A stretch of 64,000 nucleotides of DNA. It comes from an uncultured Bacteroidales bacterium (GTDB taxonomy: Bacteria > Bacteroidota > Bacteroidia > Bacteroidales > SZUA-534). The first letter of the stretch is position 1. The number at the start of each line of letters is the position of its first letter. The DNA is taken from assembly GCA_902790595.1 (NCBI GenBank), contig CADASL010000002.1, positions 137,384 to 201,383 on the forward strand, given 5' to 3'. Below are positions 56,923-64,000 of the stretch, one piece after another. Under the pieces are notes generated by a model, which did no database searches, was not told the origin of the DNA, and saw only the letters and a program-made list of their open reading frames with translations. Both the position numbers and the translations under genes were made by a program.

Positions 56923-57585
56923 CTACCATTCTATCGGCATCATTCCGTGCTCAGTCAGATACTGGTTGGCGCGGCTGAAATGGTGATTGCCGAAGAATCC
57001 GCGCGAAGCCGACAGCGGCGACGGGTGAACCGATTCGAGCACCAGATTGTTGCTGCGGTCGACCATTGCGGCTTTCTGCTGCGCGTACGAGCCCCACAAA
57101 ATGTAAACAATGTTCTTCCGCTCTTTGGCAACAGCACTGATAACGGCGTCGGTGAACGTTTCCCAGCCGTGCTTTTGGTGCGAGCCTGCCAAATTCGCCC
57201 GAACGGTAAGCGTAGCGTTCAGCAGCAGAACTCCCTGCCTAGCCCAGCGTGTCAAATCGCCCGATGCGGGTATTGGTGAGCCAATGTCGTCGTGTATCTC
57301 CTTGAAAATGTTGCGCAACGACGGCGGATAAGCCACTCCGTCCTGCACCGAGAAGCACAAACCGTGAGCCTGCCCTGGCCCGTGGTAAGGATCCTGGCCG
57401 ATTATCACAACCTTCACATCGTTGAACGGGCAAAGGTTAAAAGCGTTGAAAATCAGTTTTCCTGGCGGATAAACAACATTAGTGCGGTACTCATCGCGCA
57501 CAAAATCGGTCAGCGTCTTGAAATATGGCTTGTCGAACTCGCCCTGCAAGCGCTCTTTCCACGATTGCTCTATGCTTACTTCCAT
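56923..57585 (-). CDS. ung: Uracil-DNA glycosylase
   Basis: Has the VVIIGQDPYHGPGQAHGLCFSV motif. The ATG at 57585 is preferred because a terminator and a -7 box lie inside the longer track ORF. Confidence 0.9.
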   Translation of the reverse strand: MEVSIEQSWKERLQGEFDKPYFKTLTDFVRDEYRTNVVYPPGKLIFNAFNLCPFNDVKVVIIGQDPYHGPGQAHGLCFSVQDGVAYPPSLRNIFKEIHDDIGSPIPASGDLTRWARQGVLLLNATLTVRANLAGSHQKHGWETFTDAVISAVAKERKNIVYILWGSYAQQKAAMVDRSNNLVLESVHPSPLSASRGFFGNHHFSRANQYLTEHGMMPIEW

Positions 57586-57600
57586 TTTTTCAGTTTTTGG

Positions 57601-57608
57601 CAAAGGTA
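57601..57608 (-). promoter_or_regulatory. Candidate -7 promoter box (TACCTTTG) for ung
   Basis: Minus-strand TACCTTTG lies 16 nt upstream of the ATG at 57585. Confidence 0.45.
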
Positions 57609-57622
57609 TGCTTTTCAGCAAA

Positions 57623-57659
57623 CAAAAAAGGCCTTGAGCAATGCCCAAAGCCTTTTTTG
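57623..57659 (-). terminator. Rho-independent terminator at the end of the PUL
   Basis: On the minus strand, an AAAAAAGGC..GCCTTTTTT hairpin with a T-run lies 17 nt after the stop at 57676. Confidence 0.6.
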
Positions 57660-57675
57660 TTATAGAATCAGAGTT

Positions 57676-59277
57676 TTAGTCCTCTTTGTAAACTGGTTTG
57701 AAAGACCTTACTCCTGCAACTGTACCACGGTCGCGCCAAACAAGAGTGTCTTGAGTGATATAGTGTACATCATCTTGTATGAAGTCGATAGTGTAGTCAA
57801 GATAGAGAATATCGCGGTCTTTATTACCCCAGGCAAGAGGCGCACCGTTTTTAACGTACTTGCCAGTACCTGATGCAGTGCATATATTCTCATTGTTAGA
57901 CTCAACTGTGCAATCTCCATTCTCATTAAATGTAAGCAGCAACTCGCAAGTTGTCGGGACTCCGGCAACTTCGGTGGTAGCAATCGGAACAACAACCTGA
58001 TTGCGCGATTTTGATGTTGTGTAAACAACTTCATCATACTCTACATAAGCAGCGTGCCGTGCAGAGTCTTTTTTCGCATAGCCATCAGGAACACTATAAG
58101 TATTAGTTATGGTCTGCTTTTTACCTGTAGACTCAAAAGTGCTTGCAACTATGGCACCTTCTGCGGCAGCTGAATGGCGTTCTTTGGAATAATAATTAGC
58201 ACTTGCTACTGCATCGCAACGCCCATTTGTCATCATCTCAACATTGTTGACCAAGAAGCTAACATTGTCGATATAGTAGTCGTTAGAATCGGCAATTTCG
58301 CTGAGGTTAAAAGCTATTGAATGACCACCTGCCTGACCGCTTGTGATTGTTCCTGATATTGTCACAGTTTTCCATTCTGTGGTGAAGGTGATTTCACCCA
58401 AATTGGCTTTCCACGAACCTGGCCCCTCGTGAATCTGTGTGCCTGATTTTGCTTCTTTAGTAGCTTTAACATCCATTTTCAAAGTATACACATCGTTCTC
58501 GGCAAAAGGTGTAACAGCATCAATCCAAAACTGGTTATCCCAGACCTCTTGTATCTTCGCGCCAGCGTGAATGGCTATACACATATCGTCACCAGTAATT
58601 GTTTCGGAAACTTCCCTGAAATTCAACTTGTCGTAGTTATCCTTACCACGGCGCAGATATGTTGCAGTGTACTCGTTAATGTAGTTCACACAGAACAATG
58701 TATAGTCCTTCGGCGACACATTCCATTTGGTTGGGTCTTGACGCAGTGGTGAGGAACCTTCAATGATTGGAGTACCACGATAGATTTTATCAACACCAGA
58801 GAATTTTTCACCCATCACAACAGGGATAACATAATTGTTGGAAACCGACAGCGGATCGTTGAAGAATTTTTCATGTAGCTTAACTTCAACGCCTCCGCGG
58901 AAACCGCCTTTGTAGTCAAGCACTTCGCCGCTTATCTCGTAGTAATCCTTCGGCATTGGCTTAACCGCAGTTACTCCATCTTCGAAATACAAGTTTTGGG
59001 TAAGCGATTCATCAACACTGACGTCAATCTTTGCGTTCAAGCCTTCATACGAACCGCCGCACGTGCCATAAATGGTGAAACGGCCTTCGTTATCGCTGGT
59101 GTTGTCGTAGGTCTCCACATTACCCAATATCATAGTACGTATTGGATATTGGTAAGCGAAGTAGGCTGTTGTTCCCCCCTCAAAATCGGGGAACTTTTGC
59201 TCATCGTTGTGGCAAGATGCAAATGCCACAACGACCGCGCCTACTGATAAAATCGAAATTATTCTATTCATTTTCAT
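57676..59277 (-). CDS. PUL-encoded surface lipoprotein (SGBP-like) with a CBM-like insert
   Basis: 533 aa with lipobox VVAFASC and a DUF1735-like N-terminus (TAYFAYQYPIRT). The central region QFWIDAV...GHSIAFNLSEI...YYIDNVSF resembles CBM4/9/22 folds. It is immediately downstream of SusD. Confidence 0.6.
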   Translation of the reverse strand: MKMNRIISILSVGAVVVAFASCHNDEQKFPDFEGGTTAYFAYQYPIRTMILGNVETYDNTSDNEGRFTIYGTCGGSYEGLNAKIDVSVDESLTQNLYFEDGVTAVKPMPKDYYEISGEVLDYKGGFRGGVEVKLHEKFFNDPLSVSNNYVIPVVMGEKFSGVDKIYRGTPIIEGSSPLRQDPTKWNVSPKDYTLFCVNYINEYTATYLRRGKDNYDKLNFREVSETITGDDMCIAIHAGAKIQEVWDNQFWIDAVTPFAENDVYTLKMDVKATKEAKSGTQIHEGPGSWKANLGEITFTTEWKTVTISGTITSGQAGGHSIAFNLSEIADSNDYYIDNVSFLVNNVEMMTNGRCDAVASANYYSKERHSAAAEGAIVASTFESTGKKQTITNTYSVPDGYAKKDSARHAAYVEYDEVVYTTSKSRNQVVVPIATTEVAGVPTTCELLLTFNENGDCTVESNNENICTASGTGKYVKNGAPLAWGNKDRDILYLDYTIDFIQDDVHYITQDTLVWRDRGTVAGVRSFKPVYKED

Positions 59278-59296
59278 CGTATTAACATTTTAATAT

Positions 59297-61162
59297 TTAG
59301 AATCTGTTCCAACCGTCGTTCTGTTTCAGAGCCGGCCACTTGTTGATTTCTGTTTCAGGTACAGGACCATAGTACATACAATCGTCATAGTTGCGAATTT
59401 CGTTTTTCACATCAACAACATTGTATGTCTTTTTGCCATTTACAGTCTTGATTTCCATAGCTTTCACCGGCTCGTTCAAATTAGCTTTCCAACGACGCAA
59501 ATCCCAGAAACGATGTCCCTCGAAGCAAAGCTCAATACGGCGCTCGTTGCGGATAAGGTCACGCATCTTGCTTTGGTCTGACTTAATCGACTCAAGATAT
59601 TGGTCATCCTCAATGCCGCCACGCTGACGGATTGCCTTAATCACATCGTAAGCGCTATAACTTGCACCCGGAGCCGGACTTGTTGGGCCGTAAGCTTCGT
59701 TTGCTGCTTCAGCGTATGCAAGGAAAATCTCAGTGTAACGAATACGCGCGTCGTATTTGTGCTGTGCGCTGACACCGCTACCACCTTTCATCTGGATGAT
59801 GCAATCCTCATTGAGCAGTTTGCGCATATAATAACCTGTGCGTGTCGGGAAACCGCCCTTCTCTGCATCCAGACCGTCAATATTATCCTTGTCGTCAACG
59901 GTTGTGTTTATCAAATCAGTGTTTTTGATTTTATCAGTCGACCTGTAAGGACCGAAATCAGAACCATCGTGAACAATATACAAGTCGAAACGCGGGTCGC
60001 GGCCTTCATACGGATCCTGCGGGTCGTAACCACTGGCAGCATCTGTGATAGGATAACCGTTAGCCATAGGGAAGGCATCAACAAGGTTCTGTGTGGGATT
60101 GATACGAGCCTTACCAGCCAACGAGGCAGGATAGCAGTCGGTTTCCAAGCTGTTGGTTTCACTTACATTGCCACGCCAAATGATTTCAGCCGGGACACTA
60201 CCTCCACGAGCACTGCGAATCTCATCGATGTTGTTATACCAATGGTTGCCATTGGGATCGATACCGCTGACACCGCCAATTGTATTAAGTAATTCGGCAG
60301 CTTTTTTGGCTGCATCGTCCCAGGTAACACCCGACTGGTCGCTATATGCAGGACTTGCTGCGAACAATGCCACTTGAGCCTCAAGTGCGGCTGCTATTCT
60401 GCCTGACATACGACCGCTCTTGTTTGCGCCAAACACACGATTGTAGTCCTCTGCATAATCAACACCTATCGCCTTGTATTTCTCAGGTATTTCAGCGTCT
60501 TTTACGTTAGCATAATCGTAAGGCAGATATGTCCGAGCCTCTTCCAAATCGCTAAATATCTGTTTAATACAATCTTTAAATGACGAACGAGGAACATTAA
60601 AGTTGTCGCCTGCTGTCTCTGGATGAGTAAGGCAAGGCACTCCCAAGAGTTCGCCTCCCACATAACCGCAGTGTGCACGCAGGAAATAGAATGTCTGTAA
60701 AGCACGAAGAGCATAAACCTCTCCTTTTATCTGGTCTTTGAACATTTCATTGACCACAGCATTACCTGTCCATTTGAAACCGTCCATTTCATCAAGGAAA
60801 CGGTTTACATACTGAATATTCGTACGACGCGAAGTCCATTGATCTAATGGGTTGATGCCGCCTTGTTTTGAACTCCACAAACCATTACCCACCTTCAAGT
60901 ATTGATTTTTCTCCCACTCATTTTTAACTGACAAATCATCATTCGATACAGCATCGTCTGTTGCAACATCAGAGAAACTGGATACTCCCCCTTGATACGG
61001 CAGGTCAGAATAACCGTGCATTGCCAAACCAGCAGCATTTGTAGGGACTTTTGTCAGCATCTCAAAGTCTTGATTGTTCTCGATTCCTGGTTCAATCAAG
61101 TCGTCGCACGCGGCAACCACGGGTATCAAGACTGCTAATTTTATTATTCTATTCAATTTCAT
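59297..61162 (-). CDS. susD: SusD/RagB family nutrient-binding outer-membrane lipoprotein
   Basis: 621 aa with lipobox VVAACDD and a SusD-like TPR pattern (RYTEIFLAYAEAANE, ERRIELCFEGHRFWDLRRW). Confidence 0.9.
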   Translation of the reverse strand: MKLNRIIKLAVLIPVVAACDDLIEPGIENNQDFEMLTKVPTNAAGLAMHGYSDLPYQGGVSSFSDVATDDAVSNDDLSVKNEWEKNQYLKVGNGLWSSKQGGINPLDQWTSRRTNIQYVNRFLDEMDGFKWTGNAVVNEMFKDQIKGEVYALRALQTFYFLRAHCGYVGGELLGVPCLTHPETAGDNFNVPRSSFKDCIKQIFSDLEEARTYLPYDYANVKDAEIPEKYKAIGVDYAEDYNRVFGANKSGRMSGRIAAALEAQVALFAASPAYSDQSGVTWDDAAKKAAELLNTIGGVSGIDPNGNHWYNNIDEIRSARGGSVPAEIIWRGNVSETNSLETDCYPASLAGKARINPTQNLVDAFPMANGYPITDAASGYDPQDPYEGRDPRFDLYIVHDGSDFGPYRSTDKIKNTDLINTTVDDKDNIDGLDAEKGGFPTRTGYYMRKLLNEDCIIQMKGGSGVSAQHKYDARIRYTEIFLAYAEAANEAYGPTSPAPGASYSAYDVIKAIRQRGGIEDDQYLESIKSDQSKMRDLIRNERRIELCFEGHRFWDLRRWKANLNEPVKAMEIKTVNGKKTYNVVDVKNEIRNYDDCMYYGPVPETEINKWPALKQNDGWNRF

Positions 61163-61187
61163 ATCTCAATTCATTTAAAATCAGACA

Positions 61188-64000
61188 TTAGAAAGTTGCT
61201 TTCACACCAAGTTGGAAGAAACGTGTTTTGGGGTCACTAGCAATTGCTGTTTCCATCACCTTGCTCTCCTTCGAGATAGTCAACAAATCCTTGCCGCTCA
61301 CAAATGCGCTGACACCTTTCACAAAGCTGTCTCCGAGCATCTCTTTCGGCAAATCGTATGTTATCTGAATCTTGGTCAACTGAAAGGCATTGTCTTTATA
61401 CAACCAGAAGTCAGATTCCTGATAATTGTTATCACCTGAGCCAGCTGTAAGCGCAGGCAATTTGGCATTCGGGTTCTCCGGAGTCCAAGTGTCTTTTACC
61501 AAAACAGAATATTTGTCGTCACCCTTTGGCTGGTAGTAAGAGTTGTTCTTGCGAGCATACGCACCAGCCTTGGCACTTGTCAACGCATAGAATGTGAAAT
61601 TCTTGTATTTGACTGTCAGGTTGACACCCATTGTGAATGGCGAACCGAAACGGCCATCCTTACCCAAATAAACCTTATCATTAGCATTTATAAGTGTATC
61701 ACCAACGCCATTGTTGCTCAAGTCGGCATAACGCAAGTCGCCCGGATGAACTTTCCCGACTTTCTGCTCGGGAGCTGCTTCAATTTCGGCAACATTTTGG
61801 AAGATGCCTATGCACTTATATCCCCAGATTCCATCAATAGGCTTGCCCTCGCGATCGAGTTGGCTCTGATTCTCACGGTCGAGTTCTGACTGCAACTTTT
61901 TAACCACTTTGGTATCGTAGTATGTTCCCACAACACCAAGAGACACTTTCAAATCGCCAGTGATATCCTTGTTGAAGTTGGTGGCAAAATCGAAGCCGTG
62001 ACGGCTATTGATGTCGTTATTCAAGAAAGGAACGAAATTTTGCATATGGCTTGGCCAATCCTCGGTTGTGTTAACCAAATAGCCTTCCCATCTGTTTGTA
62101 AAGTAAGTGAATTCGGCTGTGACGAAACGCTCAAACATCGAAGCCTTCAAGCTTACCGACAACTCTTTGCGTTTAATCATCTCAAGTTTGGCATTCTCAC
62201 CTCGTTTCGGAGCAATAGTTGTGGTGCTCCTGCCATCGCCCCAACCAAATCCCCAATTGTTCTTGTCCCAGTTGCCATTGTAGAGGTAGTATCGATCAAC
62301 CCTCTTTTGTCCGTTCGGCCACGAAACATACGCAATATCCATATCCTCGTTCAACTGGCTTACTGATGCGGAAATCAACAAGTCGTCGAAGAACAAACCA
62401 TCAAGGGACGACTCACGAGCCAGATTCCAGCCGAGTGTCAACGACGGCGAGAAGGCGTTGCGGTGTCCCGGAGCAAGTTTTGCCGAGTGAACTTCGGCAG
62501 CGCTGAATTGTGCATAGAACCGATGAGCAAAATTGTAGCTCAAATCGAAACCAAGGTTTGCATTTGTGGTATTGTGATACTCTCCGTCCTTGGTCTGTTG
62601 GAAACCATTGCCCAATACCATTGCCGAAACATTGTGGTCACCAAAACTGCGGTTATAGTCGAATTGGAACGAAAGTGCCAATGTACGGGTCTCTTTTGTT
62701 CCCCACAACAGTTTCTGACCTGTTACCTCGTCAGCGGTACCATTCACTTGTACAATTTTATGAATCATCTCGTCATCTCCCCAAGTAGGTTGGAAAACAG
62801 CATATTTCGGGTCGAAATGCGTACTGTAAGAAGCCTTAAAGTCCATACCAAAATTGGTTCTCAGCGAAAGACCTTCAATCAGTTTGCCAAGATTGAAATC
62901 CAAACCGCCGTCGAACTGGAACTGACGGCTTGTCCATTTCAATTCTCCGCCAGCATATATCTGGCTGAAAGCATTGGTTCTATTGGCTGATGTTCCACCG
63001 AGGAAACATCCATCAAAAATATTATTTGTGTTTTCAACCAACTCCTTGCCTTCTGCATCGTCAGCAATCTTATCAAGAGGGATAAGCGGAGCTGCGTGTT
63101 GCGGGTAGTTCGGGCGCCAGCTTGATGCCAATCTCCAATAAGTCATATTATCCTCCGGTTTGCTGCTGTACTGGCAGTGCTTCGAATCGTAGAAAGTGGC
63201 ATTGGCATCAATATGACCGCTAATGTAATCATTGAAATTGATATCAACATTACCACGAACACTCAAACGGTTGATGCGAGTCTTTTTGGCATCGCCAATT
63301 TTCATAAAGTCGTTCTGCGTGTAAGCATTGATGTTGCCATACAAACGAGCACGGCTGTTACCGCCCGACATTTCAAGTACAGCCTCGTTGCGGTTCTTAA
63401 TCTTTCGGATATAGTCCGACGAGTAGTAGTCAACATCCACATAACGGTAAGGATTGACTCCTTTTCTTGTATTCTCAATTTCTTCTTTCGAATATGGGAA
63501 ATCCTCATCAGTATAATCCACGCCATAAACGTCCTCGTACCAGTCGTTGCGTTTGGCCTGGTTGAACCATTCCATATAATCGGCTGCACCCAAATACTCC
63601 GGGAGCCGCTTAATAACATCAATTCCTGTATTAATATTAAGGTCGATTTTAAGTTTTTCCCTTGCCTCACCTCGCTTGGTAGTAATAAGTATCACGCCTT
63701 TAGCTGCACGGCTGCCATAAAGCACAACTGCATTGGCACCTTTCAAGAATGTAATCTGCGCAATTTCCGATGGTTGCACATTGTTGGCATCACGTGGAAT
63801 TCCATCGATAAGAACCAAATAACCTTGCCCCTCATCGTTATCTATGCCTTCGTCGTTACCCCAAATTGACTTGCCGTTCCAGCCGCCGACCAGACTTTCC
63901 ATATGGTCGAGACTGTAGGTGGTGTAGTTTTTCTTGAGCATATCCTCAACATTGACATACGAAACACCACCAAGCAGGTCGTTTTCTGCCACACTGCGGA
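61188..64000 (-). CDS. susC: SusC/RagA TonB-dependent transporter (N-terminus beyond window end)
   Basis: The ORF is open to the window edge. It has the plug motif LKGANAVVLYGSRAAKGVILITTKRG, a long beta-barrel and a C-terminal Phe. It is followed by SusD. Confidence 0.9.
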   Translation of the reverse strand, partial: RSVAENDLLGGVSYVNVEDMLKKNYTTYSLDHMESLVGGWNGKSIWGNDEGIDNDEGQGYLVLIDGIPRDANNVQPSEIAQITFLKGANAVVLYGSRAAKGVILITTKRGEAREKLKIDLNINTGIDVIKRLPEYLGAADYMEWFNQAKRNDWYEDVYGVDYTDEDFPYSKEEIENTRKGVNPYRYVDVDYYSSDYIRKIKNRNEAVLEMSGGNSRARLYGNINAYTQNDFMKIGDAKKTRINRLSVRGNVDINFNDYISGHIDANATFYDSKHCQYSSKPEDNMTYWRLASSWRPNYPQHAAPLIPLDKIADDAEGKELVENTNNIFDGCFLGGTSANRTNAFSQIYAGGELKWTSRQFQFDGGLDFNLGKLIEGLSLRTNFGMDFKASYSTHFDPKYAVFQPTWGDDEMIHKIVQVNGTADEVTGQKLLWGTKETRTLALSFQFDYNRSFGDHNVSAMVLGNGFQQTKDGEYHNTTNANLGFDLSYNFAHRFYAQFSAAEVHSAKLAPGHRNAFSPSLTLGWNLARESSLDGLFFDDLLISASVSQLNEDMDIAYVSWPNGQKRVDRYYLYNGNWDKNNWGFGWGDGRSTTTIAPKRGENAKLEMIKRKELSVSLKASMFERFVTAEFTYFTNRWEGYLVNTTEDWPSHMQNFVPFLNNDINSRHGFDFATNFNKDITGDLKVSLGVVGTYYDTKVVKKLQSELDRENQSQLDREGKPIDGIWGYKCIGIFQNVAEIEAAPEQKVGKVHPGDLRYADLSNNGVGDTLINANDKVYLGKDGRFGSPFTMGVNLTVKYKNFTFYALTSAKAGAYARKNNSYYQPKGDDKYSVLVKDTWTPENPNAKLPALTAGSGDNNYQESDFWLYKDNAFQLTKIQITYDLPKEMLGDSFVKGVSAFVSGKDLLTISKESKVMETAIASDPKTRFFQLGVKATF

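Overview
The window looks like a Bacteroidales chromosomal segment, mostly housekeeping and glycan-utilisation genes. Supporting signs are a SusC/SusD pair, two T9SS C-terminal sorting domains, and recurrent TAnnTTTG -7 promoter boxes. Recognisable blocks (all minus strand unless noted): an L-arabinose cluster (mutarotase, Na+/sugar symporter, araD, araA, FGGY kinase) with a GxxExxY gene inserted; an exopolysaccharide block (lytic transglycosylase, MraY/WecA-like transferase, Wzc-like tyrosine kinase, Wza, GT4, AsnB-like), with gpmA, tRNA-Thr(CGU) and a plus-strand LMW tyrosine phosphatase next to it; ispD-aroK; a TetR-nitroreductase pair; parE-parC; a plus-strand CE15-like esterase; a stand-alone trpB2; a WYL regulator; an ECF sigma/anti-sigma pair; a plus-strand run from recR to an M16 peptidase; a BspA-type LRR protein; rnhB, maf, an ABC ATPase and ung; and the end of a PUL (SusC partial, SusD, SGBP-like). 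I saw no CRISPR array, transposase, integrase or clear defence island, and I cannot point to a convincing new multi-gene system. The best leads are non-coding or small. They include a Trp-codon leader-peptide attenuator in front of trpB2, and arrays of 7-8 nt tandem repeats (GAAGGATT and AAGTTTTAAGTT types) that mostly sit directly after stop codons. Others are an inverted-repeat-flanked GxxExxY cassette inside the ara cluster, a lipoprotein gene split by one in-frame TAA, GTAG-type palindromes (one inside a CDS), and odd repeat tails on the kinase and mutarotase. All calls rest on reading the sequence and on remembered family motifs. No searches were run.
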